64,000 bases of DNA. Origin: an uncultured Lachnospiraceae bacterium (GTDB taxonomy: Bacteria > Bacillota > Clostridia > Lachnospirales > Lachnospiraceae). The position numbers and the translations under genes are program-made. Below, in pieces: positions 1 through 9,926 of this stretch (its first letter is position 1; each line of letters starts with the position of its first letter). The stretch is from the NCBI GenBank assembly GCA_964507745.1, contig CAZDRM010000001.1:1999-65998 (forward strand), given 5' to 3'. The notes under the pieces are model-generated. The model saw only the letters and a program-made list of their open reading frames with translations, did not search any database and had not been told where the DNA came from.

Positions 1-5
1 TTAAA

Positions 6-45
6 AACGCCTTTAGAGCTTACTGCACAAAGCTCTAAAGGCGTT
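6..45. terminator. Intrinsic terminator downstream of 58..1614, probably bidirectional
   Basis: 16-bp perfect stem aacgcctttagagctt (6-21) / aagctctaaaggcgtt (30-45), with A/T-rich flanks on both sides. Confidence 0.85.
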
Positions 46-57
46 CTTATTTTATTG

Positions 58-1614
58 TCAGGATTTCTCCTCATGGTATTCCTGTTCCGTGTTCACGTTC
101 CAGACATTCTGCTTATCCGAAACACCTCTTATAATATTGCGGACCGCCTCAAAAGCCGTGGCCATGGAATGATCCATATTATTGTATCTGTGCTGTCCGT
201 TTCTTCCGATGCAATAGAGATTCTCAAATTGATTAAGATATACGATAATCTCATCAATATGGTCATAGGTATCGAAATATGCCGGATATGCCTTTTTGAC
301 TGTTTCCTTGTGGTAATCCTTAACCTGGTCTATGGAGTCAATTACCCCCATCCTTACAAGTTCCTTGGCACCGAGTCTTGCCCATTTTTCTTCAGACAGC
401 TTCCAGTACTTATCGCCTTCCGTACAGAAATATTCCAGTCCGATCCAGACCGTATCTTCCGGTTTTGCCACCATATAAGGGGACCAGTTGTTAAAAATCT
501 GGATTCTGCCCAACTTGACTCCCACATCCTGCACATAGATCCAGCAGTCGGGGACAATATTACCCAGAGTCTTTAACTTTGTCTCATTTTTCAGGTTTAA
601 TTTATTAAGAAGCAGACCTACCGTCACAAAATCCCTGTAGGGAAGTCCTGCCGCATATTTTTGTATATTTTGCGGAACGTCATTCATACCGGCTACCAGG
701 TCCTTTAAGGGCATGGATGAAATGATGTAATCTCCGTAAATCTCCTCTTTACTGCCTTCTTTTTCAAAGGTAACGGCGCATGCTCTGCCTTCCTTCGTCT
801 TTACATTCGTAACAAGACAGCCTTTCTCAATCCTGCCGCCCAATGCCACAAACTTGTCCGCCGCAGTTTCCCACAGCTGGCCTGGACCGTATTTGGGATA
901 GTAGAATTCCTCTATGAGAGAGGTTTCCACTTTTTTGCTGTTTTTCTTTCCGGGAAGCATCTTACGGAATACGTCCTTGATAATTGCCACAATGGACAGC
1001 CCCTTTACTCTCTGAGCCCCCCATGAAGCATCGATTTCCCTAGGGTGTCTTCCCCAGAGCTTCTCCGTATAGCCTTCAAAAAACATGGAATACAGCTTTT
1101 TCCCGAAACGGTTAATATAAAAGTTTTCCAAGGAATCTTCTTTTTTCTTGACCAGAACGGATTTTAAATAACTAAATCCCGCCGCCACGGTAGTTGCAAA
1201 TCCCATATTTTTAATTGTCTGGACATTCATTTTAACGGGATAATCAAAAAACTTCTTTTTGTAATAAATTCTGGAAACCCTGTTACGAGTCAGCATGACA
1301 ATATCTTCCGCTTCCGGATCCGGCCCACCCTTTTTTAGGGGCACGCTTCTTCCCAGCACTTTATCATCATAGGAAGGCTTTCCCTGACGGGGCATCAGCT
1401 CATCCCACCATCTCATAACCTCTTCATCTTTGGAAAAGAAACGGTGTCCACCGATATCCATACGGTTGCCATGATGCCTTACCGTTCGGGAAATACCGCC
1501 GATCTCCTGAGTTTCCTCCAGAATGATTACCTCATAATCCCCGGATTGCTTCAATAATTCAATTCCTGCGGTAAGACCGGCCGGCCCTGCTCCGATAATA
1601 ATAACCTTATGCAT
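58..1614 (-). CDS. FAD-dependent oxidoreductase, UDP-galactopyranose-mutase-like (PRK07208-type)
   Basis: N-terminal [27 protein letters not shown] and C-terminal [15 protein letters not shown] motifs. Confidence 0.8.
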   Translation of the reverse strand: MHKVIIIGAGPAGLTAGIELLKQSGDYEVIILEETQEIGGISRTVRHHGNRMDIGGHRFFSKDEEVMRWWDELMPRQGKPSYDDKVLGRSVPLKKGGPDPEAEDIVMLTRNRVSRIYYKKKFFDYPVKMNVQTIKNMGFATTVAAGFSYLKSVLVKKKEDSLENFYINRFGKKLYSMFFEGYTEKLWGRHPREIDASWGAQRVKGLSIVAIIKDVFRKMLPGKKNSKKVETSLIEEFYYPKYGPGQLWETAADKFVALGGRIEKGCLVTNVKTKEGRACAVTFEKEGSKEEIYGDYIISSMPLKDLVAGMNDVPQNIQKYAAGLPYRDFVTVGLLLNKLNLKNETKLKTLGNIVPDCWIYVQDVGVKLGRIQIFNNWSPYMVAKPEDTVWIGLEYFCTEGDKYWKLSEEKWARLGAKELVRMGVIDSIDQVKDYHKETVKKAYPAYFDTYDHIDEIIVYLNQFENLYCIGRNGQHRYNNMDHSMATAFEAVRNIIRGVSDKQNVWNVNTEQEYHEEKS

Positions 1615-1626
1615 GCTTTTCCTCTT

Positions 1627-2556
1627 TTATATGACGCTTTTGAAATATTCAATGGTTTTAACCAGACCTTCATCCAGTTTGATTTCCGGCTGCCAGTCTA
1701 ATTTTTCCTTTGCCAGAGAAATATCCGGACGCCGCTTTGTGGGATCATCTCCGGGAAGGGGACAATATATCAGCCGGCTTTTGGAATCGGTAAGCTTCAA
1801 CACTTTTTCAGCAAGCTCTATCATAGTAAATTCCCCGGGATTACCCAGATTAACCGGCCCACAGAATTCATCATTTTCCATCATCCTATATATGCCTTCT
1901 ACCAAATCATCCACATAGCAAAAGCTTCTGGTCTGGCTGCCGTCTCCGTAAACTGTAATGTCCTCTCCCTTTAAAGCCTGAACAATAAAGTTGCTGACTA
2001 CACGCCCGTCATCGGGATTCATGCGCGGACCGTAGGTATTAAAAATGCGGATAATGCGCACATCCACATCATGCTGCAAATGATAGGAAAAGAACAAGGT
2101 TTCCGCCACTCTCTTTCCTTCATCATAGCAGGAACGGATTCCCACAGGATTCACGCATCCGCGGTAGGTTTCCTTCTGGGGATGCATCTCCGGATCTCCG
2201 TATACTTCACTGGTGCTTGCCTGTAAAATACGGGCATTGTTCTTTTTTGCAAGCTCTAGCATATTTAAAGCACCCAAAAAACAGATTTTAGATGTTGCCA
2301 CCATATCCTCCTGATAAAAAGGCGGACTTGCAGGACATGCCAGATTATAAATCTGATCCACCTCTGCCTCAAAGGGCTCCACAACATCATGCTCTACAAA
2401 TTCAAATTCGGGATCAGATAGTAAGTGACTGATATTCTCCTTACTTCCCGTAAAGAGATTATCCAGACAGATCACATGATTCCCTTCTTTAATTAATCTG
2501 TCACAAAGATGGGAACCCACAAATCCGGCTCCTCCGGTTACTAAAATTCGTTTCAT
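1627..2556 (-). CDS. uxs: UDP-glucuronate decarboxylase (UDP-xylose synthase)
   Basis: [46 protein letters not shown] and QTRSFCYV motifs. Confidence 0.92.
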   Translation of the reverse strand: MKRILVTGGAGFVGSHLCDRLIKEGNHVICLDNLFTGSKENISHLLSDPEFEFVEHDVVEPFEAEVDQIYNLACPASPPFYQEDMVATSKICFLGALNMLELAKKNNARILQASTSEVYGDPEMHPQKETYRGCVNPVGIRSCYDEGKRVAETLFFSYHLQHDVDVRIIRIFNTYGPRMNPDDGRVVSNFIVQALKGEDITVYGDGSQTRSFCYVDDLVEGIYRMMENDEFCGPVNLGNPGEFTMIELAEKVLKLTDSKSRLIYCPLPGDDPTKRRPDISLAKEKLDWQPEIKLDEGLVKTIEYFKSVI

Positions 2557-2653
2557 TTTTGTGAATATCCTTTCTTACTAAGCAAATAATACATTTCTTG
2601 CAATATTATATAACCTTTGTTTCCTTGCAGAACACACCATTCCCTGTCTCTTC

Positions 2654-3298
2654 TCAAGGAAACAGTACTGCTCTTACCGGGGCTCCGTCCGCCTCTTGCA
2701 AACGCAACGGCAGACAGCATAACTCATAATCTCCTTCTTTTGTCTCCCCTAAATCAATACCTTCCAGAATATAAATCTCTCTAGACAAAAAAATCTGGTG
2801 AATGCTCTTTCCTGTAACTCGTTTTCCCCGTGGTCTTTCTATTGTCATATAATCAATACCAACCATTTGTATTTCTTTTGCTGCAAGATACTCTGCTGCT
2901 TCATAATCCAATGTTGTATATTCTGTTAATACATGACTTCCAGAATAATTTATAGAATTATCCGTCTTGAATAATATGATTTTATAGCCGTCAATCTCTA
3001 TATTTTTCAAATCCTTTACACTAATTTCTTTTTTCCCCGTAAAGTCAAGAACTTTTGCCTTTCCATTCATAGATTCTAATGTCATCTGCTCCAGAACCTT
3101 CCCGTCTGCAATTGTATGATTTGGAGCATCAATATGTGTTCCGGTATGAGTGCCCATGCAAATCTGTTTTATATTGCATGAATCCCCTCTTTCCATATCC
3201 ATATGCGCTTTCATGGAAAATAAAGGATTTCCGGGATATATAGCCATCTTTTCGGATAAAGGATATGTTATATCAATATAGTCACGCGTCATAACCAA
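2654..3298 (-). CDS. Cyclase-family (kynurenine formamidase-like) metallo-protein
   Basis: HTGTHIDAPxH motif, GIDY, and C-terminal LPLRL..ADGAPVRAV. Confidence 0.88.
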   Translation of the reverse strand: MVMTRDYIDITYPLSEKMAIYPGNPLFSMKAHMDMERGDSCNIKQICMGTHTGTHIDAPNHTIADGKVLEQMTLESMNGKAKVLDFTGKKEISVKDLKNIEIDGYKIILFKTDNSINYSGSHVLTEYTTLDYEAAEYLAAKEIQMVGIDYMTIERPRGKRVTGKSIHQIFLSREIYILEGIDLGETKEGDYELCCLPLRLQEADGAPVRAVLFP

Positions 3299-3301
3299 AT
3301 C

Positions 3302-4189
3302 TTATTCTCCATTTCTGCTATTATTTATATCATTTTGAATTTCCATCAGGCATTCCGTGAGTCCCTGTCCAATATCACGGTAGCATTCCCCTACCAGTTT
3401 AAGACTGCATTGTGGTTTAAATGTATACGGGGTCATATCATAATGAATATTTGAATCAGCTTCTTCATATATAATATCAATATTTTTTCCTATAATCTCC
3501 TGTATGATTAAAAATAAATTCTTAGCTGGGAAAATATTATGTCCGGTCAAAGTTATATATTTATTTTCATATTTTTTATCTAAAATCTGAACGCTTAATT
3601 CCGCCGCATCTAAAACATCAATATATTCCCTCGTTTCATTTCCTGTTCCTCGAAAACGAATTTCTCCATTCTCTAATGCAGACTTTAACATTCTATGTAC
3701 CCCGTTACTTTCATCAGAACGTTGTCCATACAAAGAACCGTACCGCAAAACTGTGTATGCCTGCCCGTATCTCCTGTTATATTCCTCAATATATATTTCG
3801 GCCGCCTGCTTACTACAGCGATAGAATCCCCCCTTATCACTGTTCACATAAAAAGAACTGGCAAAAACCAGACGTTTTACTCCATATCTGACACATGCCT
3901 CCAAAATGTTGCAGGTCCCTCTAATATTTAATTCAATTGAAGCAATGGGCGAGGCAGATGCTGCATCTAAATCTGCTATTCCTGCAAAATTATATACATA
4001 ATCAGCACCCTCAACCGTATCACAGACAGCCTTCTCATCTAAAATATCGCCTACAACCATCTGCATTCCATCTCTTAAATATGGAGATGGCCTTTTATCA
4101 AATATAACCACTTCATAGCCATGTTCAAATAGAACATCCACTACATGACTACCAACAAATCCCGAACCGCCAAATACAATCGCTTTCAT
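3302..4189 (-). CDS. NAD-dependent epimerase/dehydratase (extended SDR)
   Basis: GGSGFVG, YxxxK (YRCSK), LRYGSLYG. Confidence 0.88.
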   Translation of the reverse strand: MKAIVFGGSGFVGSHVVDVLFEHGYEVVIFDKRPSPYLRDGMQMVVGDILDEKAVCDTVEGADYVYNFAGIADLDAASASPIASIELNIRGTCNILEACVRYGVKRLVFASSFYVNSDKGGFYRCSKQAAEIYIEEYNRRYGQAYTVLRYGSLYGQRSDESNGVHRMLKSALENGEIRFRGTGNETREYIDVLDAAELSVQILDKKYENKYITLTGHNIFPAKNLFLIIQEIIGKNIDIIYEEADSNIHYDMTPYTFKPQCSLKLVGECYRDIGQGLTECLMEIQNDINNSRNGE

Positions 4190-4857
4190 TTCATACCCTC
4201 AATTTTTTTAATAATTTTATCAATTTCTAAAATATTATCAACAGTATATTCTTCATTCTTAAATATCTCATGATTATCAGGAGTATTGCGCCCTATAAAA
4301 TGAAGCCCTGTTATCTGTGCTGAGTTCAAATCCGTACTTGCATCTCCCACAAAAACAACTTCTTCAGGGGAAAATCTATAGCTTTCTAAAATTTCTTCGA
4401 TAATTTCTATTTTACTTCCCGGCGTCCCATGGCACTCTTTAAAATATACTCCCAATTTTCTCTTCACAATTTCCTCCTGAAGTTCCGCTTCAGGAGTTCC
4501 TGACGCAACAAACATCAACAAATCCTGCAATTCATAATGCTTCTCCAGAAACTCTTTAGCTCCTGGTACAAAAGGACATTTCAAAACCTTGTCCAGCGTG
4601 ATTTCCTGAAACTTTTTTCCCCACTCTTCTTCCTTCTGCCGGGTATATTCTTCGTTTAATATTTCCTCAAAAAAATATTGAAACTTAACAAATCTGGAAA
4701 TACCCATATGCTGCATGTGATATTCTACAAACTGCTCTGCTATTTCCGCAGGATAATCGCTGACCATATCCTTAAAAGACTCTGTTTTAATATTTGCTGA
4801 TTCTAAAATAACTCCGTCAAAATCAAAAATAACAGCCTTAATCATGCTTTTCCTCAT
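4186..4857 (-). CDS. HAD-superfamily phosphatase
   Basis: Motif I FDFDGV, motif II VASGT, motif IV FVGDASTD. Confidence 0.9.
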   Translation of the reverse strand: MRKSMIKAVIFDFDGVILESANIKTESFKDMVSDYPAEIAEQFVEYHMQHMGISRFVKFQYFFEEILNEEYTRQKEEEWGKKFQEITLDKVLKCPFVPGAKEFLEKHYELQDLLMFVASGTPEAELQEEIVKRKLGVYFKECHGTPGSKIEIIEEILESYRFSPEEVVFVGDASTDLNSAQITGLHFIGRNTPDNHEIFKNEEYTVDNILEIDKIIKKIEGMK

Positions 4858-5768
4858 CCTATCCCTAGTGCATCCATTAAATTCTTTACGGCTTCCATTT
4901 CCATTACCTTACGCCCCTCCTTTGCGCTGGAAGCTATATGAGGCGTCAGTATTACATTATTCTGCTCGCAAAGTGCTCCTGCGTATGGTTCTGTTTCATA
5001 CACATCCAATGCCGCCCCTGCTATTTTTCCATTTTTCAACGCATTTTGAAGTGCACTCTCATCAATAAAGCTTCCTCTGGATGTATTAATAATGTAACTA
5101 TGTTCTTTCATCTGTTCTATTTCTGCTTTTCCTAACAGGTAATTTCCCCCTGAACCGCCGGAACAGTGTAAAGTTATAATATCAGCCCATTTCAACAGCG
5201 ACTGTTTTTCCATAAAAGTATCATCGCATTTCTGGTCGCACAAATCAGTATACGCAACATTAACGTCAAAAGACTTAAGCAGCGAAGCAACTTTTTTTCC
5301 TATTCTGCCAAAACCAATAATACCAACATTTTTATTTTTAACAAGATAATTAACTTGTTTGCTCCAATTTCCCTGATGCATTTCCTCATTCATAGGTATA
5401 ATGCCCTTTAAAAGAGTCAAAATAAGCGAAACTGTTAACTCAGCAACAGAATCTACCGGGGCTTCCGGCGTATTACATAGCCGGATTCCAAAATCGATGC
5501 AGGCCTGCTGATCAACTGAATCCATTCCTACTCCGCACCGTGAAATTACTTTCAGTCCTTTTCTCTGTTCAAGCGCTTCCCTTGTAATACTTTCAACTCC
5601 TGCAATTACACCCACTGCACCTTCTGTCAGCTCTATAAACTCATCAGTTGTGAGCTTTCTTCCATAGGGATTTAAAACTATATCAAAATACTTTTCAGCC
5701 AATTCTAAAGGCTCCTTATCAGCCTTGCCGAAAGAACTTGTCGTAATAACAATCCTATCTTTTCCCAT
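4854..5768 (-). CDS. D-2-hydroxyacid (phosphoglycerate-dehydrogenase-like) dehydrogenase
   Basis: RCGVGMD, GIIGFGRIG, INTSRG, LDVYETEP, TPHIAS; ATG at 5768 follows a GGGGAG RBS. Confidence 0.88.
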   Translation of the reverse strand: MGKDRIVITTSSFGKADKEPLELAEKYFDIVLNPYGRKLTTDEFIELTEGAVGVIAGVESITREALEQRKGLKVISRCGVGMDSVDQQACIDFGIRLCNTPEAPVDSVAELTVSLILTLLKGIIPMNEEMHQGNWSKQVNYLVKNKNVGIIGFGRIGKKVASLLKSFDVNVAYTDLCDQKCDDTFMEKQSLLKWADIITLHCSGGSGGNYLLGKAEIEQMKEHSYIINTSRGSFIDESALQNALKNGKIAGAALDVYETEPYAGALCEQNNVILTPHIASSAKEGRKVMEMEAVKNLMDALGIG

Positions 5769-5806
5769 AACTTTTCTCCCCTGCGATAAAATGTATTTTG
5801 TAGAAT

Positions 5807-6538
5807 TTAAAACTGCCACAATTCTTTTTGCAGCCATGCCCTTGCAATTTCTATATCAAGCTGGGTATGCACATCCTTCCCTGTTACCCAATTTCTGATA
5901 ATCGGAATGCATTTGTCGTTCATCCACCACCAGCATGCCGGTCCTGTTTTTCCGCGGCAGGCCTTACATAATGCTTCATACCGTACACACCATGGCCCCT
6001 GATCATAAAAATAAATTTCAGGATAAGACTGACGATTTGTATCCACATTATCCTGACAAATAAAACTTTCCAAATAGCCTTCTTCATTTATTCGCATAGC
6101 TCTATAAGGATGGTCGTCCTGTGCCTGCCAGACAGTCATGGACGAATCAGCTTCCGGATGCTCTAACAAACATTTTATGCCTGCGTCAATGTCTTCTGCC
6201 CTATTAAGGGCTGTGTTTCCCAATAGAATTGTAATAATTCCTATTTCTTCTCCCAGCATTTCTTCCGCCTTCTTTGCTCCATGCAAAATTGCATCCCCAT
6301 GATTGGTAAAAGCCTGTGCCAAATCATCCGGTCTATCAATAATACATGCACCATATTTCTCTGCCTCTGCCTTAATTAAGGGACACTCTGTAGAAACAAA
6401 TATCTCATCCACCAGTTCTGCCTTTTTTGCCGCCTCTAACTGCCATCCCAAAAAAGTTTTTCCCTCTATTTCAATTAAATTTTTATTTTTAATGGATGTA
6501 TTGCCACCCTTTGCTGTAATTAATACAATATTTTTCAT
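5807..6538 (-). CDS. CMP-ulosonate synthetase (NeuA/KdsB-family cytidylyltransferase)
   Basis: ITAKGGNTSIKNKN (variant of PARGGSKGI..KN), VST, IDRP, late DVHTQLD. Confidence 0.8.
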   Translation of the reverse strand: MKNIVLITAKGGNTSIKNKNLIEIEGKTFLGWQLEAAKKAELVDEIFVSTECPLIKAEAEKYGACIIDRPDDLAQAFTNHGDAILHGAKKAEEMLGEEIGIITILLGNTALNRAEDIDAGIKCLLEHPEADSSMTVWQAQDDHPYRAMRINEEGYLESFICQDNVDTNRQSYPEIYFYDQGPWCVRYEALCKACRGKTGPACWWWMNDKCIPIIRNWVTGKDVHTQLDIEIARAWLQKELWQF

Positions 6539-6559
6539 AGCATTAAATCCCTTCAACTG

Positions 6560-6791
6560 TTACCGTTTTCTTATAATCTTGTTTATACTTCTCAATGGCT
6601 TCGTTAATTTCCAAGACCTACTTTGATATATTGAATCCACTTCTGCCTGAAGCCCTTGCTTCTCTTCTTGAAGCGTATGCTGTATCCTTCCTGCTTCCTC
6701 TGTTATTTTTTCAATTTCTAAGAGTAATTTATTTCGTTCAGACTCCAACTGCTTTATTTTATTTTCCGCTTCAGCATATATACGTTTTTTT
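6560..6791 (-). CDS. Coiled-coil plus SxSWxxTxPLR tail; probably the frameshifted C-terminus of 6754..8415
   Basis: Heptad-rich segment ending YQSRSWKLTKPLRSI; joins the upstream frame by a -1 shift at A7 (6785-6791). Confidence 0.7.
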
Positions 6792-8415
6792 CTGCCAATA
6801 AATTCTCTGTCTCCAACTGAAGTTTCTCTTTTTCCGTCTGATAACACTGCTCCATAAAACCTACAATCCTGTTCTCGTCAAAATTGAACCGCCAGAGACC
6901 TTTTATTTCTATTTGCAGTACCTTTCCCGGCTCAAATTTCAGCGAATAACTTGGATTGGGATTCTGACATACGGAATACATATCTTCTTCAGCCGTAACA
7001 TATTCACAAACTAAATTATCCTGTGAATAAATAACTGTTCCCTCTTCTGTTGTAATGTAAAGTTCTATATCTTTTATTCCAAAAAAACAATTAGTACAGG
7101 GTTTCCAACGATATTGGTATTGCGGGAATTGATATTCGCCGGGAATAACATACACTGCCGAAAAAATACCATCAATTATAATTTCTTCCGCGCCTATAGA
7201 TGTCAAGCAGATATTATTATCCCATATCTCCAAAATACTTAGGCATACCGGTGGGCGAACTTGAAGCAGCTTTGTATTCAATCCATAAATCAAATTACTG
7301 TCAATATTCTCCAACATTTCGGCATTTTCCTGTTTCCTGCCCAGAAGAGCATCAATCATACTCTTTAATTCTACAAACGTATCCGGGACATAGAAATTCA
7401 AATCATTCTCTTCTGCCAGTTTGCCAAATTGTTGAAAATAGTCCTCTACATTCCAGTCAATCGGTTTGATATAACGTTTGTATATGTGCCATAAAAATAT
7501 GCTAACATAATTTTTATCCTCAAACATAATAAGGGGAGCCGTAAGCGAAGTACTTTCCCCCGAAAGACAGATTATTTTATGGTTGCTTTTCTTGTAAAAG
7601 TTAACAAAATAAATTGCTTCCCAAGGACTATCCTGTGAAGTCATAATTTTTGAATTCACATCATCATATTTCCCAGAAAACCCCCTCTCCATGGGATGCG
7701 GTTTAATTATCATACGTTCCTCTCCGCATATGGCCGCTACCTTTTGCAACAAATATTTTTCTACTACCCCTGTAGTTCTGGAATATAATGTAAAATACTG
7801 ATCAAAATAAATTATTTCCGCTTCTTCACTTTCTTCTATTGCAAATACTCTACGCACTTCATTCTGAAGCTGCTCCCTATATGCGTCGTCACGGAGAGTT
7901 TCTACAAGTTCAATCCTGTGAATATCTATATTAGACGGAAGATGATACAATCGCGGCTCATAACACCAACCTTCCAGATTAACCGTTTCAACGTCAATTC
8001 CCACATACAATTCGCCCGGATTCTGCTTCTGCCACTTCAAAAAATCATTAAAAACCCTCACTCCTTCATCAATAATTTTTATCTGTGCTGAAACATCAAA
8101 TGCTTTTTGGTATAAAACCCTGGCAAATCTATTCAACAATGAAAAAATATATACTTCATCATTTTTGTCCAAGCAATATTCTTCGGAAATCTTTACCAAC
8201 TCTTCTTCATTCCGGAAAGCTTCCTTAATGATATGAACATGATCCCAAATCCCCAATGCTTCCGCCCTTTCTGCACAATCTGACGATTTGGAAGAATTAT
8301 TCGAAACAAGCAGGAATGACTCAACTTCTCCCGAAGGACGATAATATATTCTTAACATAAAATATGCCGTTAATATATTCTTTTGAGAATCACAAAAAAA
8401 ATAAAGTCTCTTCAC
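6754..8415 (-). CDS. Sialyltransferase/ulosonate-transferase-like GT-B protein, interrupted at an A7 run
   Basis: IIDEG (D/E-D/E-G), YFDQ and IKPHP (HP) motifs; GTG start at 8415 after AGGAG; lies directly upstream of the cytidylyltransferase. Confidence 0.65.
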   Translation of the reverse strand: MKRLYFFCDSQKNILTAYFMLRIYYRPSGEVESFLLVSNNSSKSSDCAERAEALGIWDHVHIIKEAFRNEEELVKISEEYCLDKNDEVYIFSLLNRFARVLYQKAFDVSAQIKIIDEGVRVFNDFLKWQKQNPGELYVGIDVETVNLEGWCYEPRLYHLPSNIDIHRIELVETLRDDAYREQLQNEVRRVFAIEESEEAEIIYFDQYFTLYSRTTGVVEKYLLQKVAAICGEERMIIKPHPMERGFSGKYDDVNSKIMTSQDSPWEAIYFVNFYKKSNHKIICLSGESTSLTAPLIMFEDKNYVSIFLWHIYKRYIKPIDWNVEDYFQQFGKLAEENDLNFYVPDTFVELKSMIDALLGRKQENAEMLENIDSNLIYGLNTKLLQVRPPVCLSILEIWDNNICLTSIGAEEIIIDGIFSAVYVIPGEYQFPQYQYRWKPCTNCFFGIKDIELYITTEEGTVIYSQDNLVCEYVTAEEDMYSVCQNPNPSYSLKFEPGKVLQIEIKGLWRFNFDENRIVGFMEQCYQTEKEKLQLETENLLAEKNVYMLKRKIK

Positions 8416-8480
8416 TCTTTGTTCTCCTTTGGTATGTTTGTCATTATTGTACCCCATTGACATGGTAATTATCAAGGCTA

Positions 8481-8521
8481 AATGAACACTTTTAACGCAG
8501 TCTGCTTCAAAAGTGTTCATT
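8481..8521. terminator. Intergenic stem-loop (possible terminator or processing site)
   Basis: 13-bp stem aatgaacactttt / aaaagtgttcatt with inner gcag/ctgc pairing; weak U-tract. Confidence 0.45.
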
Positions 8522-8625
8522 CATACAATTATCATTTCATTTATTAAACATTTCACAACAAAAGTTATTGCACATTCCCGTCCCCAGTAAATCCACCGTT
8601 TCTTTGATCGCTTTATCACTTACTC

Positions 8626-9483
8626 CTAAACAGCTAAGCTTTTCATGATAGCAATGCTGCAATGGTCGCCTATTGGAAATTTTCTCAACATACCTGTCTC
8701 CTTTTCATAATCACCAATTGCCTTTTTTATACCTCCATATCCGGGATTATAATAATCATGTATCAGTATCAATCCGTTTTCTGCAAGTCTGGGAAAGAAA
8801 AATCTCAATCCTTCCAATGTTGGATTATATAAATCAAAATTCAAATTAACAAAGAAAAATTTTTCATTTTCCACTCCTTCTGTAGTCATTGGAAAGTATC
8901 CCGCCCTGACTACAGCCTTTTCCCTATAGGGCAGTTTACCCAATACCATGTCTACACTTGTATCGGCCAAATGCCCCCCGTCAAAAACCGATAACCCTTC
9001 CTCATGTTCTTTCACGGTATCTCTTGAGTCAAAGCCTTCAAATGTATCGAACAAATACAATTTACATTCTGGAAAACATGCATTGATTTCCTTGGCAAAT
9101 TCTCCTTGAAACACGCCACCTTCCGCCACTGCATATCCATTAGCACTTTCTTTGTATAAATCTGCATAATCTCTGATAAAATTGATTCGTGCTCTGACAT
9201 TTGTCGACACATACTCAGTATTAACTTTACCTGCCGGTATACCAAGTTCCAAAAGCTGTCTCCTGATAATATCCATAGCAGGCAGTGAAGCAATTATAAT
9301 CTCATCAAAATCTGTTGATAAAATCTTTTGCGGGTCTCCGATTATCGGCACATTTTCAATATGCCCACCCCACTTTTGAACATCATTGTCTAAAAAACCA
9401 ATCACAGAAAAGCGTTCTTTTATATCATCAAAAATTCTCCTGCCAGTACTTCCAGTGCCAAAAATATATACTTTCTCTTTCAT
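8626..9483 (-). CDS. TylF/MycF/NovP-family sugar O-methyltransferase with N-terminal Rossmann-like domain
   Basis: YIFGTG..GFLDND N-terminus; AEGGVFQG, LFDTFEGF, GYF..T, NFDLY, IHDY. Confidence 0.88.
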   Translation of the reverse strand: MKEKVYIFGTGSTGRRIFDDIKERFSVIGFLDNDVQKWGGHIENVPIIGDPQKILSTDFDEIIIASLPAMDIIRRQLLELGIPAGKVNTEYVSTNVRARINFIRDYADLYKESANGYAVAEGGVFQGEFAKEINACFPECKLYLFDTFEGFDSRDTVKEHEEGLSVFDGGHLADTSVDMVLGKLPYREKAVVRAGYFPMTTEGVENEKFFFVNLNFDLYNPTLEGLRFFFPRLAENGLILIHDYYNPGYGGIKKAIGDYEKETGMLRKFPIGDHCSIAIMKSLAV

Positions 9484-9580
9484 AATATACTAATTCTCCC
9501 GCTTTCATTTTTGTTATTTTAAGAATGAATAACGTCCATTATCCCGAAATAAACCATTGTAAAAAATATTACTAATATTA

Positions 9581-9609
9581 ATAATATTTCTTTATGAGTA
9601 ACTTGTCAA
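9581..9609 (-). promoter_or_regulatory. Sigma-70/SigA-type promoter for the methyltransferase-to-uxs block
   Basis: TTGACA-17 bp-TATTAT on the minus strand. Confidence 0.6.
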
Positions 9610-9660
9610 TAAAGCACTACTTTTAACATACCGAGATGCTGTTAACCTTTTATCCGGAAC

Positions 9661-9701
9661 AGAAAAAAGAACCTCATCCAAACATATGCGGTTCTTTTTC
9701 T
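9661..9701. terminator. Intrinsic terminator after the CotH/VTC cassette
   Basis: Inverted repeat agaaaaaagaacc / ggttctttttct. Confidence 0.6.
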
Positions 9702-9730
9702 ATTTTTAATATTTTAAATTATTTTATACT

Positions 9731-9918
9731 CTAATTTATCATCCCATGTAAAAGAATCTTCTCTACTGTCATCTCTCCCATATCATTGTAGAAAGTCCTG
9801 GCTTCCCAGTTATTAGAGCCTTCCAAAATACCAAATTCGATTTTTTTGCAATTCTTTCCTTCTTCTTTGATCACTTCGCTTTTTATAAATAAAATATCAT
9901 GCAAACTTGCTCGGTTTT
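9731..9918 (-). pseudogene. 3' remnant paralogous to the C-terminus of 14331..14747
   Basis: Manual translation EGSNNWEARTFYNDMGEMTVEKILL matches EGTNSWEIRTFYNGVGEMQIERIVI; no N-terminal part or convincing start. Confidence 0.7.
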
Positions 9919-9926
9919 CTTAGACA

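Noticed and set aside
4854-5768. serA (serine biosynthesis) call
   Set aside because: No ACT regulatory domain, and the gene sits inside a sugar-nucleotide module
8416-8520. N-terminal extension of the 588-aa ORF from the ATG at 8520
   Set aside because: It runs through an intergenic hairpin; the GTG at 8415 has a clear AGGAG RBS
8530-8620. Possible decayed gene start (..LLGTG..) after the methyltransferase
   Set aside because: Too short and degenerate to support
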